Shown here one piece after another: positions 50,379 to 61,012 of a stretch of DNA of 64,000 bases. Position numbers and translations under genes: made by a program. The notes below the pieces were generated by a model. The model made no database searches. It saw only the letters and a list, made by a program, of their open reading frames with translations, and was not told the DNA's origin. Each line of letters opens with the position of its first letter. The stretch's first letter is position 1. The DNA comes from Gemmatimonas sp. (GTDB lineage Bacteria; Gemmatimonadota; Gemmatimonadetes; Gemmatimonadales; Gemmatimonadaceae), in NCBI GenBank assembly GCA_031414535.1, contig JANNVQ010000038.1, forward strand, positions 32,001 through 96,000, written 5' to 3'.

Positions 50379-51470
50379 GTGCTCCCACTCAGCCGCATTT
50401 CGCTCACGCTTCTCGTCGCCGCACTCGGATGCGGAGACGCCGCGTCCGAGTACCGCTTGGGAATGGCTGGACCCTTCACGGAAGCCTTCGGCATTGCCAA
50501 CAAGCGTGGCGCCGAACTCGCGGTCGCGGAGATCAACGCAGCCGGCGGAATTAACGGTCAACCGCTCACTATCGATTATCTCGACGATCAAGGTGACGGC
50601 TCACGAGCCGCGCAGGTTGCACAGGCCTACGTGGACGATGCGCGGATCAGCGGCGTCGTCGGCCATGTGACATCGGGGGCGATGGTTGCGGCCGCCAAGA
50701 TCTACGATGGCCAGCTCACGGCCCTCGCCACCACCGCTTCATCTGCCGAGCTCACGGGTATTTCGCCGTGGGTGTTTCGCGTCATCTCCAGCGATTCGGC
50801 AAATGGTGTGGACCTCGCAGGTTTCGCCGAGCGCATTGGCAAACGTCGCGCCATGGTGCTCTACGAAAACGATGCCTATGGGCGCGGGCTCGCCGACGCG
50901 TTCCGCCGCACCTTCACGGGTCAGGTGCTGGGCTTTGACCCAATTGACGCCGATGGCCGCGACGCCGAAGTGCACGTCGCATGGGCAAAGCAACAGCAAG
51001 CCGATCTCGTGTTCGTCGCGGGCACCGAGCGCTCGGGTATCGCCCTGCTACGCGAGGCTCGTCGGCAAGAGTTCACGGCTGAGTTCCTTGGTGGTGATGG
51101 GTGGACGGGCGTGGTGTCGGACGTCGCTGCCAGCGAGGGTGCGCTGGTGGGCGCACCATTCACGGCAATGGACCCACGCGCCGAGGCGCAGAAGTTCGTC
51201 GCGAACTTCCGGGCCAAGTACAACGAAAGTCCCGACGGCAACGCGGCTCTCGCCTACGACGCCGTGCAAGTGATGGCGGCGGGCCTGCGGGCCGTGGGTC
51301 CCAACCGGGTGAAGCTCCGCGAGTGGCTTGCATCGCGCGGCACGCAGAACGCGATCGGCGGCGTCACGGGGCAAATCGCCTTCCTTCCCACCGGCGATCC
51401 CGTCGGCAAATCCTTCGTGATGACGCGCGTACGAGCTGGCGCGCTCGTTCCCGCTGAGGACGGCCGCTAA
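50379..51470 (+). CDS. LivJ/LivK-like periplasmic binding lipoprotein
   Basis: Lipobox [27 protein letters not shown] and AYDAV. Confidence 0.9.
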   Translation: MLPLSRISLTLLVAALGCGDAASEYRLGMAGPFTEAFGIANKRGAELAVAEINAAGGINGQPLTIDYLDDQGDGSRAAQVAQAYVDDARISGVVGHVTSGAMVAAAKIYDGQLTALATTASSAELTGISPWVFRVISSDSANGVDLAGFAERIGKRRAMVLYENDAYGRGLADAFRRTFTGQVLGFDPIDADGRDAEVHVAWAKQQQADLVFVAGTERSGIALLREARRQEFTAEFLGGDGWTGVVSDVAASEGALVGAPFTAMDPRAEAQKFVANFRAKYNESPDGNAALAYDAVQVMAAGLRAVGPNRVKLREWLASRGTQNAIGGVTGQIAFLPTGDPVGKSFVMTRVRAGALVPAEDGR

Positions 51471-53164
51471 TGCGATTCACATCCATTCGTATGTTACTCG
51501 TCGCCGGACTCGGCAGCGTCGTCGCATTGGTGATGGTCGCCGGCGCCTTTGGCCGTTCGGCAATCGCCACTCTGAGCGAGGAGATGGGCAGTGCACTCGG
51601 TACGGTGCGAGGCGAGACCACGCTTAATGCCTCGCTCACCAGCAGCATCGCCGCCGAGATCGCGGCGGGGCGGCGGTACTTAGATCGCGGATTGGCCGAG
51701 GATCTCACCACTTTTCGTGAGGCCGGTTGGAGGGCGCATGAGGCTCAGCGGGCGCTCAATGGGAGCACAGGCCTGAACTCCGCTGAAGTCGCGCTCGTCG
51801 CCACGATTGATGAGCGCCTCTCGGCCGTGGAGACCGCCTTCGCAGCGGCGCATCGCCTCCGTGATCTCGGACGCATCGCTGAAGCGGACGCGCGCGCGGC
51901 GCTCACACGCGACCTCGAGGCTGCACTCTCCACCGACATCGAACGATTGGGCAACCTGCGCTCGGCGCAGCTCGCTCGCACCACAGAAGCGCTACAGGAC
52001 GAAGCCGCACAACGTCAACGCTTCCTTCTCATGGTGGTAATCGGCGCAATTGTGCTTGGGCTCGTAATCGTGAGTAGCGTGGCGCGCGCCATTGACCACC
52101 CGCTTTCCGCCCTCGTGGCGCACGCTCGCGCGCTGAGCCGCGGAGAGTTGGACATTCGCACGGATACCGACCTTCCCGGCGAGTTTAAGGAACTGGCCGA
52201 GGCCATGAACAGCTCGGCGGCAAATCTCGCGCGCGTTGCCTCGGTGGCAAGCACCACGTCGGAGGAAGTCGCGACCTCAGCCCATCAACTGACGTCTGCC
52301 GCGGAACAGGTGTCCTTGGCCGCGACCCAAACCGCGACGGCGATGTCGGAAGTCACCGAGGGCGCGGAGGTGCAAGTGGCCGCGCTGCGCGACGCCGACA
52401 CCGCCCTCGCCAGTGTACGGCTGCGTGCCCACGAAGTCCGCGCCGGTGCCGAGGAAGTGGCCGACCTTGCGAACGAAATTGAGCGCCTCTCGCGCGAGAA
52501 GCGTCAGGAGATTGCGCGCGCGCGCACCTTGCTCGCCGAAATTCGCTCGTCCGTCGACCACGCCGCGCTCGAAGTGAAGGAGCTCAACGCGACGGCGGAG
52601 AGCATCAACCAGTTCGTCGGCATCGTGAGCCGCATTGCGGAGCAGACCAACCTGCTCTCGCTCAACGCCGCCATCGAGGCGGCCCGAGCGGGAAGCGCGG
52701 GACGCGGCTTCGCGGTCGTAGCAGACGAAGTGCGAAAGCTTGCGGATCAGGCGCAGAAAGCCGCCGAGGATGTGATACAGCTGACGGCCGTCGTGACGCG
52801 CCGAGTGAGCACCACGACGCAGGCGATGGCCACGGGTGCGGCCCGAGTGGCTGACATCGAGCAGGCATCACAGGGCATTGATATCGCGCTCGGTGAGATC
52901 TCGAGCTCCGCCGAGCAGACGCGTAGCGCGGCCGTTGGATTGGGTTCGGCGGCCGATCAGAATGTGGCGGCGGTGAACACCGCAGCGGGTAACATTTCGG
53001 CCGCTGCTCGCGCGGCTGAGGGACACGCGGCAGCGGCGCAGGAGGTCTCGGCGTCCACCGAAGAGCAGAGCGCTGCCTGTGAACAGATGTCCGGCGCGGC
53101 CAACGCGCTGCTGTCTGGTTCGGTGCGCTTGAAGGAGATTGTCGCCAGCCTGCGGACGGCGTGA
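51470..53164 (+). CDS. Methyl-accepting chemotaxis protein
   Basis: TM-sensor-TM-HAMP layout; [37 protein letters not shown]. Confidence 0.95.
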   Translation: MRFTSIRMLLVAGLGSVVALVMVAGAFGRSAIATLSEEMGSALGTVRGETTLNASLTSSIAAEIAAGRRYLDRGLAEDLTTFREAGWRAHEAQRALNGSTGLNSAEVALVATIDERLSAVETAFAAAHRLRDLGRIAEADARAALTRDLEAALSTDIERLGNLRSAQLARTTEALQDEAAQRQRFLLMVVIGAIVLGLVIVSSVARAIDHPLSALVAHARALSRGELDIRTDTDLPGEFKELAEAMNSSAANLARVASVASTTSEEVATSAHQLTSAAEQVSLAATQTATAMSEVTEGAEVQVAALRDADTALASVRLRAHEVRAGAEEVADLANEIERLSREKRQEIARARTLLAEIRSSVDHAALEVKELNATAESINQFVGIVSRIAEQTNLLSLNAAIEAARAGSAGRGFAVVADEVRKLADQAQKAAEDVIQLTAVVTRRVSTTTQAMATGAARVADIEQASQGIDIALGEISSSAEQTRSAAVGLGSAADQNVAAVNTAAGNISAAARAAEGHAAAAQEVSASTEEQSAACEQMSGAANALLSGSVRLKEIVASLRTA

Positions 53165-53865
53165 TGGTGAGCGAGGCACTGGCTTCCGTTGCTCCGGGCA
53201 CGCCGGCCGTGGTGCTCTTGAGCGGCGGATTGGATTCCGCCACCGTACTCGCACTGGCCACGAAAGCCGGGTACGCCGTCAATGCGCTGACGTTTCGCTA
53301 CGGCCAGCGCCACGGCGTGGAAATCGAGAGAGCGCGAGCGCTGGCCGAGCACTGGAAGGTGGCGCGGCACGTGGTGGCGGATATTGACCTCCGGGTTTTC
53401 GGCGGCAGCGCGCTCACAGCAGACATCGACGTGCCCAAGCACGATGACGTGGCGTCAGTGGGCGGAGGCATTCCCGTCACCTATGTACCGGCGCGCAACA
53501 CAATCTTCTTGTCGTTTGCATTGGCGTGGGCCGAGACGCTCACGAGCGAGCATATCTTGATTGGCGTGAACGCGCTGGATTACTCGGGCTATCCCGATTG
53601 CCGGCCCGAGTACATCGAAGCCTTTGAGCGCATGGCCAATCTCGCGACCAAGACGGGCGTTGAGGGTGCAACCAAGTTGCGCGTGCTCACGCCGCTGATT
53701 GCGATGACCAAGGCGCAGATTATTCGTACGGGCCAAGCGCTGGGCGTGGACTATTCGATGACGGTGTCGTGCTATGATCCGAGCATGGACGGTGCGCCTT
53801 GTGGTAGGTGTGATGCCTGCTTACTCCGGGAGAAGGGATTTCTTGAGGCAGGCACGGACGGATGA
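53161..53865 (+). CDS. queC: 7-cyano-7-deazaguanine synthase
   Basis: SGGLDS, YVPARN, YPDCRPE and SCY..CGRCDAC motifs. Confidence 0.96.
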   Translation: MMVSEALASVAPGTPAVVLLSGGLDSATVLALATKAGYAVNALTFRYGQRHGVEIERARALAEHWKVARHVVADIDLRVFGGSALTADIDVPKHDDVASVGGGIPVTYVPARNTIFLSFALAWAETLTSEHILIGVNALDYSGYPDCRPEYIEAFERMANLATKTGVEGATKLRVLTPLIAMTKAQIIRTGQALGVDYSMTVSCYDPSMDGAPCGRCDACLLREKGFLEAGTDG

Positions 53866-53918
53866 CGGATGACGGATGCTAGATTTGCCTTTGCGCATCC
53901 GTCATCCGTCATCCGTCC
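53856..53918. repeat. Perfect 24-bp heptamer inverted repeat (family B, copy 4)
   Basis: GGACGGATGACGGATGACGGATGC / GCATCCGTCATCCGTCATCCGTCC, 15-nt loop. Confidence 0.9.
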
Positions 53919-53919
53919 C

Positions 53920-54546
53920 ATGTACTCAGTCAAAGAAATTTTTTACACCCTCCAAGGCGAAGGCTTCCACGCCGGTCGCCCGGCCGTGTTCTGCCGTTTT
54001 TCGGGGTGTAACCTCTGGACGGGCCGGGAGCAGGATCGGGCGACGGCCGTGTGCAGCTTCTGCGACACGGACTTCGTAGGAGTGGGGCCGGATGGGGGGA
54101 AGTTCGCGACGGCCGGGGAACTCGCCAATGCGATTGCCGCGCGTTGGCCGGCCGCGGGCGGAAAGCCCTTTGTGGTGTGCACGGGAGGGGAGCCGCTGCT
54201 GCAACTGGACGCGCCGGCTGTGGCCGCGCTGCACGCGCGCGGGTTCGAGGTGGCGGTGGAGACCAACGGCACGCAGCCCGTTCCGGCGGGCATTGATTGG
54301 GTGTGCGTGAGTCCCAAGGCCGATGCCGCGCTGGCGGTGGGGGGCGGCAACGAGCTCAAACTCGTGTTCCCCCAGGAGCGGGCCATGCCGGAGCGGTTTG
54401 CCGGGCTCGCCTTTGAGCACTTCTACTTGCAGCCGATGGACGGCCCAAGCGCCGCGGAGACGACGGCGGCGACGCTGGCCTACTGCCTGGCGCATCCGCA
54501 GTGGCATATGTCCGTCCAGACACACAAGGCGCTGGGCATCCGCTAG
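53920..54546 (+). CDS. queE: 7-carboxy-7-deazaguanine synthase (radical SAM, Cx14CxxC type)
   Basis: EIFYTLQGEG, CNLWTGREQDRATAVCSFCDT, TGGEP, ETNG and QTHK motifs. Confidence 0.95.
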   Translation: MYSVKEIFYTLQGEGFHAGRPAVFCRFSGCNLWTGREQDRATAVCSFCDTDFVGVGPDGGKFATAGELANAIAARWPAAGGKPFVVCTGGEPLLQLDAPAVAALHARGFEVAVETNGTQPVPAGIDWVCVSPKADAALAVGGGNELKLVFPQERAMPERFAGLAFEHFYLQPMDGPSAAETTAATLAYCLAHPQWHMSVQTHKALGIR

Positions 54547-54645
54547 GGCTGCAACGGACGGCTGGCGGGGGGAAAAGGCAACCATCCAAAAGGCCGGAAT
54601 TGCACCCCCCAGTTTAGGCCTAGGTCAAGTGGCCCTCTATAGAGG

Positions 54646-54707
54646 TTGACGGGACGGCCTTCCGAGAGGAAGTTAGGGGGTCCTTTGCGAGCGTGACATC
54701 GGTCACG
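54646..54707 (+). promoter_or_regulatory. Candidate sigma70 promoter with downstream CRP/FNR-like palindrome
   Basis: TTGACG-17nt-GAAGTT; CGTGA-CATCGG-TCACG at 54692-54707. Confidence 0.45.
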
Positions 54708-54755
54708 TTCACCAGGCGGAGTCCGTCCGGGCTCAATATCCCACCGCTTCGAGGT

Positions 54756-57659
54756 ATGTCTCGTATGCGTATCCGTTTCGTCAGCAGGTTGCTTGCAGTT
54801 CTCGGCTTCTTCGCGGCCGCAGGCGCCGCCGACGCTCAATCCGGCACGATCGCCGGCCGGGTCACTCAGTCCGACGGCGGCGCGCCGGTTGAGGCGGCTG
54901 AAGTCCTTGTCGTCTCCGGCAACTCCACCGTTGCGGCAGTGCGCACCGGAGCCGACGGCAGCTATCGCCTCGCCGCGCCTGCGGGCACCTACGCGGTTGT
55001 CGCGCGTCAGGGCGGCTACCAGCAGAAGCGCACCGAAGGCGTGGTCGTGACCGCCGGTCAGACCACGACGCTCAACATCTCGATGGCGCAGATGGTCTCG
55101 CGCCTCGATGCCGTCGTGAGCACCGCGACGCGCGGCGTGCCCGAGAAGATTCTCGACTCGCCGAACTCCATCTCGATGGTGACCTCGGAGCGCATCGCTG
55201 AGCGTGCCGGTGCCATCGGCGTGACGGACCACCTCAAGCAGACGCCCGGTCTCTCCATCTCCAACGGTGGCATCGTTCAGGCCAACATCGTCTCGCGCGG
55301 GTTCAACAACGCCTTCTCCACCTCGATGCTGATGCTGCAGGACTACCGCTTTGCCGGTGTCCCCTCGCTCCGCGTCAACGTGCCCTTCCTCTTCACCGGC
55401 ACGGGCGAAGACATCGAGCGCATCGAAGTCCTGCAGGGTCCGGCCTCGGCGCTCTACGGCCCGAACTCCGGCGCTGGCGTGCTCCACGTGATCACCAAGT
55501 CGCCGTTCGATCCCGTAGCGCAGGGCACGACGTTGACGTTGGATGGCGGTGAGCGCTCGATGTTCCGCCTCGCCGGCCGCCACGCCCAGCAGCTCGGCGA
55601 GCAGCTGGCGTTTAAGGTCTCGGGCGAGTACTTCAAGGCCGACGACTGGCAGTACAACGATCCGAACGAACTCGGCTGCGCCACGACCACAGTTGGTGTA
55701 TACACCGGCAACTACTGCAACGAAGCCCGCGTCCCGGCTTCCCGTCGGAACCAGCCGTTGGCCCGTGACTTTAGCCTTGAGCGCTACTCTGGCGAGGCTC
55801 GCCTCGACTGGCGCCCAGGCCCGAATACCGAAGCCATCACCACCTTTGGCTACACGATGGCCGCTAGCGCCATGGAAATCACCACGACCTTCGGCGCCTC
55901 GCAGGTGAAGAACTGGAGCTACACCAACTTCCAGCAGCGCTTCCGTCATAAGGATTTCTTCGCGCAGGTCTTCTACAACGCGTCCAATTCCGGCAACGCC
56001 GACGCGATGGATGACAACGGCACCTTCTACCTCCGTTCCGGCATCCCCGTGGTGGACCAATCCACGGTGCTGGTCGGACAGCTGCAGCAGGGCTACACGC
56101 TCGGCAACACCAAGCTCACTGGTGGCTTGGACTACATCGCGACCACCCCGGAAACCAAGGGGACGATTAACGGTCGCAACGATGGCGACGACAACATCAC
56201 CGAGATCGGCGGCTACCTGCAGTTCACCACCCGCCTCACCGACCGTCTCGACCTGATGGGCGCCGCCCGCGGCGACATGAACTCACGCATCGAAGGCACC
56301 CAGTTCTCGCCGCGCGCCGCGCTGCTCTACAAGCTCTCGGCCACGCAGAACTTCCGCTTCACGTTTAACCGCGCCTTCAACTCACCGGCGTCGTTCGCGA
56401 TGTTCCTCGACCAGTGGTCGGGCCAGTCGGCGAACCTGGGACCGGCCATCAACAACCCGGCCACGAACGCCACCGAAATCCGCATCTTCGGTAATCCGGC
56501 CAAGGAAGGCTGGCAGTACTCGCGTACCTGCGCCACCGGCCAGGCGGATGCGGGCGGCCTCTGCATGCAGTCCAACTTCACCGGCAACACGCGCTCGGCC
56601 GTTGGCGGTGCCACGATGCTCCCGGCCGTGATGAACGGCGGTCTGTCCACGCAGCTCGTTGCGGCAATTGCCGGCACGTTCGGCCTTAACGCCACGCAGC
56701 AGACCAACATCCGCAACGCACTCAACGGCCTGTTGCCAAACAACACGCAGGTGCCACTCATCCTGCGGAACGTGCTCGCTGGCAACGCCGTCACGCCGTT
56801 CAGCTCGGTGACGGACTACTCTCCTCTCGGCGCCAACTTCTCCAACACCTGGGAAGTGGGCTACAAGGGCGTGATTGGCAACAAGCTGTCCGTCGCGGTG
56901 GACTACTGGTATCAGATCCGCCCGGCGGATCCGACCACGCAGGTCATCAATGGTGACGACGTGGTGTTCTTCAATCCGGCCACGCTCGGCGCCTACCTCG
57001 GCGCTCCGGGTACGGGCGTGACGGCAGCCCTCGCCGGTAACGGCGTCCCGGGCCCCGCTATCGGCACGGTAATCACCAACTGGACCACCGCGCTGGCGGG
57101 CCTGCCCACGGGTACGCTGGCCTTCAACAACGATCTCTACGATCGCAGCTACCTGGTGTTCACCTACCAGAACGCCGACGGCCAGGTTGACGTCCGCGGT
57201 ATTGACGTTGCGCTCGACTACCAGATTAACCCGATGTGGTCGGTGGCCTCGACCTACTCGACGCTCAGCCGCAACGTGTTCACGGATGCCGTCGGCGCCA
57301 CGCCGACCAATCCGCTGGTTGCCAACACCCCGCGTCATCGCGCCTCGCTCACCTTCCGCCGTGCTGACGACGCGAAGGGCATGAGCATGGAGCTCCGCGG
57401 CCGTTATGCGGATGCCTTCGACGTGAACTCGGGCGTCTTCAATAACTACAACCAGAGCGTGCCAGCTGGTGGCACGGCGTACACCCGCGTGCCGGTCAAC
57501 GCCTTCATGGACGCGGGCTTCTCTTGGAAGCTCCCGGTCGCGCAGAACGTCCGCTGGTCGCTCAACGTCCAGAATTTGCTCGACAACCAGGTGCCGTCGT
57601 TTATCGGCGTCGCCCCGGTGGGCCGCTTCGCCACGACCCGCGTTTCGTACAACTTCTAA
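54756..57659 (+). CDS. TonB-dependent receptor
   Basis: GAGG + ATG 54756, signal peptide, IERIEVLQGPASALYG..GVLHVITK plug motif, C-terminal SYNF. Confidence 0.93.
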   Translation: MSRMRIRFVSRLLAVLGFFAAAGAADAQSGTIAGRVTQSDGGAPVEAAEVLVVSGNSTVAAVRTGADGSYRLAAPAGTYAVVARQGGYQQKRTEGVVVTAGQTTTLNISMAQMVSRLDAVVSTATRGVPEKILDSPNSISMVTSERIAERAGAIGVTDHLKQTPGLSISNGGIVQANIVSRGFNNAFSTSMLMLQDYRFAGVPSLRVNVPFLFTGTGEDIERIEVLQGPASALYGPNSGAGVLHVITKSPFDPVAQGTTLTLDGGERSMFRLAGRHAQQLGEQLAFKVSGEYFKADDWQYNDPNELGCATTTVGVYTGNYCNEARVPASRRNQPLARDFSLERYSGEARLDWRPGPNTEAITTFGYTMAASAMEITTTFGASQVKNWSYTNFQQRFRHKDFFAQVFYNASNSGNADAMDDNGTFYLRSGIPVVDQSTVLVGQLQQGYTLGNTKLTGGLDYIATTPETKGTINGRNDGDDNITEIGGYLQFTTRLTDRLDLMGAARGDMNSRIEGTQFSPRAALLYKLSATQNFRFTFNRAFNSPASFAMFLDQWSGQSANLGPAINNPATNATEIRIFGNPAKEGWQYSRTCATGQADAGGLCMQSNFTGNTRSAVGGATMLPAVMNGGLSTQLVAAIAGTFGLNATQQTNIRNALNGLLPNNTQVPLILRNVLAGNAVTPFSSVTDYSPLGANFSNTWEVGYKGVIGNKLSVAVDYWYQIRPADPTTQVINGDDVVFFNPATLGAYLGAPGTGVTAALAGNGVPGPAIGTVITNWTTALAGLPTGTLAFNNDLYDRSYLVFTYQNADGQVDVRGIDVALDYQINPMWSVASTYSTLSRNVFTDAVGATPTNPLVANTPRHRASLTFRRADDAKGMSMELRGRYADAFDVNSGVFNNYNQSVPAGGTAYTRVPVNAFMDAGFSWKLPVAQNVRWSLNVQNLLDNQVPSFIGVAPVGRFATTRVSYNF

Positions 57660-57688
57660 GCTCCTTGTAGGCAGCAATTCAGCAGGAC

Positions 57689-57732
57689 CGGCGGGGGGTG
57701 GGCCAAACGGCCTACCCCCCGCTGTGTATTTT
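57689..57732 (+). terminator. Probable terminator
   Basis: CGGCGGGGGGTGGGCC-AAAC-GGCCTACCCCCCGCTG followed by TGTATTTT. Confidence 0.65.
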
Positions 57733-57737
57733 GCAGG

Positions 57738-58514
57738 GTGATTTTGCTCGATCCCACCAAGCGACTCGTCATCGGCCACCGCGGCGCCCGCGCCGTGCGG
57801 CCGGAGAACACCCTGCAGTCTCTGCTGCACGCGGTGGAGCTGGGCGTGGACGCGCTGGAGTTTGACCTGCACTTAGCCAAGGATGGCGTGCCCGTGGTGC
57901 ACCACGACGCCACGCTCGAGCGCACCACGGATGCCTCGGGACCCATCCGGGAGCGCTCGTCCCTAGAGCTAGGGCGCGTGAGTGCTAGCCAGCACTTCAC
58001 ATCCGATGGCGGACGTAGCTTTCCCTTCCGCGCGGCCCGCTTCGCCATCCCCACGCTCTGGGAAGTGCTGGAGGCCTGCCGCGGCCTTCCGCTCATTATC
58101 GAGCTGAAGTCGGTGGAGGTCGCCGAGCCGGCGCTCAAGGTGTTGCGTGAGACCGGCAGCCTGGATCGTGTGCTCGTCGGGAGCTTTCTCGACGAGGCCT
58201 TGATTCCTTTTATGCGGGCCGGCGTACCGATTAGTCCTGGCTCGCGCACGCTTACTTCCCTGTACGCGCGAGCCGCTCTCGGAGTAGGCTCCAAACAGCT
58301 GCCGTTTCAAGCCCTCTGTATTCCCCGCTTTCATTACGTGATTCCGCTACCGGTTGCAGGCTTTGCGCGCATGATGCGCGTCGCCGGTGGCCCCACGCAC
58401 ATCTGGACCATCAATGACCCCGCGCGCGCCGTTGAGCTCTGGCGCGCTGGCATCAACGGCATCATTTCCGACGACCCGGCACTGATGCTCCGCACACGAG
58501 AGAGTCTGCATTGA
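57738..58514 (+). CDS. Glycerophosphodiester phosphodiesterase
   Basis: GHRG, PENT, EFD, HD, IELK, WTIND and IISDDP motifs. Confidence 0.93.
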   Translation: MILLDPTKRLVIGHRGARAVRPENTLQSLLHAVELGVDALEFDLHLAKDGVPVVHHDATLERTTDASGPIRERSSLELGRVSASQHFTSDGGRSFPFRAARFAIPTLWEVLEACRGLPLIIELKSVEVAEPALKVLRETGSLDRVLVGSFLDEALIPFMRAGVPISPGSRTLTSLYARAALGVGSKQLPFQALCIPRFHYVIPLPVAGFARMMRVAGGPTHIWTINDPARAVELWRAGINGIISDDPALMLRTRESLH

Positions 58515-60346
58515 CCGCACCAACGACCGTTCAAGCCAGCAAGCCGGGCGACAAGCCCGCCAAGAAGCCCACGAACTACAAGGCCGCCTGGGCAGAAACC
58601 CGGCGCCTGATGTGGCAGCACCGTAAGTCGCTGGGCATTGGCCTCGTGCTGATGCTGATCAATCGCCTCTCGGGCCTCGTGCTGCCAGGCAGCGTGAAGT
58701 GGATCATTGACGAGGTGCTCACCAAGCAGCGGATGGAGTTGCTACAGCCAATCGCCATCGCGGCGGCGCTGGCCACGCTGCTGCAAGCCTCAAGCTCGTT
58801 CGCGCTCTCGCAGGTGATCTCGGTCGCGGCGCAGCGCGCCATCACGGAGCTGCGTCGTAAGGTGCAAGCGCGCATCCTCCGCCTGCCGGTGAGCTTCTTT
58901 GACGCCACGCAGAGCGGCATCCTGATCAATCGCGTGATGAACGACGCGGAAGGCATCCGCAATCTCATCGGCACGGGCATCGTGCAGTTGGTGGGCGGCG
59001 TGCTCACGGCAGGCATCGCGCTCGCCTACCTGTTCTACCTGAACTGGTTCCTCACGGTGATGACGCTGGTGCTGCTCGCGGTGTTCGGCGGCGGCATGGC
59101 CTACGCCTTCATGAAGCTGCGACCGATTTTTCGCGAGCGCTCCAAGATTCAAGCCGAAGTGAGTGGACGCCTTGGCCAGGCGATGGGCGGAGCCCGCGTG
59201 GTGAAGGTGTACACCGCGGAGAAGCGTGAGGAGATTGTCTTCACCAAGGGCGCGAATCGCCTGTTTCGCAACATCGCGAGCACCATCACGGGCACCTCAG
59301 CCGTGGGGGCGCTCGCGACGGTCATCATCGGCCTCGTGGGTGTGCTGATCCTCACGGTAGGTGGTCGCGCGGTCGTGCAGGGCTCGATGACGCTCGGTGA
59401 CCTCATCAGCTACATATTCTTCGTGGGTCTGGTGAGCTTTCCCGTGGTGCAGATGGCCAACATCGGCACGCAGATTACCGAGGCCTTCGCCGGCCTTGAC
59501 CGCATCCGCGAGATCTTCGAGACGCCCACCGAGGACGAAGATGACCACCAGCGCCAGCGCCTGAACAACGCCAACGGCGACGTGGTCTTCGAGAAGGTGT
59601 GGTTTGAGTACCGCGAGGGCATTCCTGTCCTGAAGGATATCTCCTTCGTCTCCAAGTCGGGCAGCACTACCGCACTCGTCGGCTCGAGCGGCTCGGGCAA
59701 GAGCACGCTGATTTCTATCATCCTCGCGTTCAACCGTCCCAACCAGGGCCGCGTGACGATTGGCGGGCAGGATCTGAACACGCTGCGCCTGCGCGATTAT
59801 CGCAGCACACTTGGCGTGGTGCTCCAAGACAACTTCCTCTTTGATGGCACAGTGGCGGAGAACATCGCGTTCTCGCGTCCCGGAGCGACGCGCGACGAAG
59901 TGATTGCGGCGGCACGTGTGGCCAACTGCGATGATTTCGTGCGCGGCTTCCCGGATGGGTACGAGACCATCGTCGGCGAGCGTGGCGTGAAGCTCTCCGG
60001 TGGCCAGCGCCAGCGCGTGGCGATTGCGCGGGCCATTCTCGCCGACCCGCAGGTGCTCATCCTCGACGAGGCGACCTCGTCACTGGATTCGGAGAGCGAG
60101 AAGGAAATCCGCGAGGCGCTGCGGCATCTGCGGGCGGGGCGCACGACTTTCGTCATTGCGCACCGCCTCTCGACCATTCGCTCGGCGGATCAGATTCTCG
60201 TGCTCGAGAACGGTGCAATCGTGGAGCGTGGTTCGCATCGCGAGCTGATGGCGCTCGGCGGGCGGTATAAAGTCTTGCACGATACGCAGCACGCGGTGGA
60301 AACGGATTTGTTTATCAATCCGGGTGAGGAGCCAGCGCCGGTTTAG
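58511..60346 (+). CDS. ABC exporter, fused permease/ATPase (MsbA/MdlB-like)
   Basis: 6-TM domain; GSSGSGKS, LSGGQRQR, LDEATSSLD and AHRLST. Confidence 0.95.
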   Translation: MTAPTTVQASKPGDKPAKKPTNYKAAWAETRRLMWQHRKSLGIGLVLMLINRLSGLVLPGSVKWIIDEVLTKQRMELLQPIAIAAALATLLQASSSFALSQVISVAAQRAITELRRKVQARILRLPVSFFDATQSGILINRVMNDAEGIRNLIGTGIVQLVGGVLTAGIALAYLFYLNWFLTVMTLVLLAVFGGGMAYAFMKLRPIFRERSKIQAEVSGRLGQAMGGARVVKVYTAEKREEIVFTKGANRLFRNIASTITGTSAVGALATVIIGLVGVLILTVGGRAVVQGSMTLGDLISYIFFVGLVSFPVVQMANIGTQITEAFAGLDRIREIFETPTEDEDDHQRQRLNNANGDVVFEKVWFEYREGIPVLKDISFVSKSGSTTALVGSSGSGKSTLISIILAFNRPNQGRVTIGGQDLNTLRLRDYRSTLGVVLQDNFLFDGTVAENIAFSRPGATRDEVIAAARVANCDDFVRGFPDGYETIVGERGVKLSGGQRQRVAIARAILADPQVLILDEATSSLDSESEKEIREALRHLRAGRTTFVIAHRLSTIRSADQILVLENGAIVERGSHRELMALGGRYKVLHDTQHAVETDLFINPGEEPAPV

Positions 60347-60351
60347 CGGGT

Positions 60352-60477
60352 ATTCACCACGAAGGCACGAAGGGCTCGCTGCAAATCTGAAGGTGCGCGC
60401 GCCCCCCAAGCTCCGAGAGTTTGGGGGGCGCGCCTTTGCCTATTCTTACCGTAAACCCTTCGTGCCTTCGTAGTGAA
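60352..60477. repeat. REP/MITE-like palindromic element (family A, copy 3)
   Basis: TTCACCACGAAGGCACGAAGGG ... CCCTTCGTGCCTTCGTAGTGAA with inner CCCCCCAA/TTGGGGGG hairpin. Confidence 0.8.
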
Positions 60478-60482
60478 GAGGC

Positions 60483-60914
60483 CTACTGCACAATCCGCCG
60501 ACCACTCACGCGCGAGCCGTCACCAGGCATGGACCAATCGCCGGAGAAGGTGTCGCCTTCGAACGTGATATTGATGGTGCCTTCATCGCCCGTGGGCACG
60601 GCGATCTTGATGACCATCGAGTTGCCGGTGCGCGTGGCCTTGCTGATGGGAATCTCCCCGAAGGCCTGACTCATGATTGATCCCGTAAACTCGTTGCCCT
60701 CGACTGCTCGGAGTTGCATCACCATGTCAAAGGCCTGACCCTGCGCCGTGAGGGCCACGGTCCAGCGACCCACCGGGTTCACGAGAGCGGGAGCCGCCGG
60801 CATGACGGCGGCGGGCATGGGCGCGGCACCCGCCGTAGAGCCAGTGCTCGACTTGGCGCAGGCGGTGGAGAGGACAAGAACGCCCGCAAGGGCGGCTACG
60901 GCACGAAAATGCAT
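60483..60914 (-). CDS. Hypothetical beta-rich lipoprotein
   Basis: Lipobox STAC; PVGRWTV...FSGDWS...VSGRR. Confidence 0.75.
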   Translation of the reverse strand: MHFRAVAALAGVLVLSTACAKSSTGSTAGAAPMPAAVMPAAPALVNPVGRWTVALTAQGQAFDMVMQLRAVEGNEFTGSIMSQAFGEIPISKATRTGNSMVIKIAVPTGDEGTINITFEGDTFSGDWSMPGDGSRVSGRRIVQ

Positions 60915-61012
60915 GACATATCTCGGGGAGGAGGGTGAAAGGGACTGCACCGCACTACGATACCAGCGAACTCGCGGATTCGACAGGCAGGCAAGGCGAA
61001 TGGTTTGTAGCG

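Noticed and set aside
53856..53918. preQ1 riboswitch between queC and queE
   Set aside because: No preQ1 consensus or A-rich tail; the sequence belongs to the dispersed heptamer family
53161..54546. queC/queE as a 7-deazaguanine DNA-modification or Qat-type defence system
   Set aside because: Both look like canonical queuosine enzymes; no dpdA/TGT paralog, TatD nuclease or defence ATPase nearby
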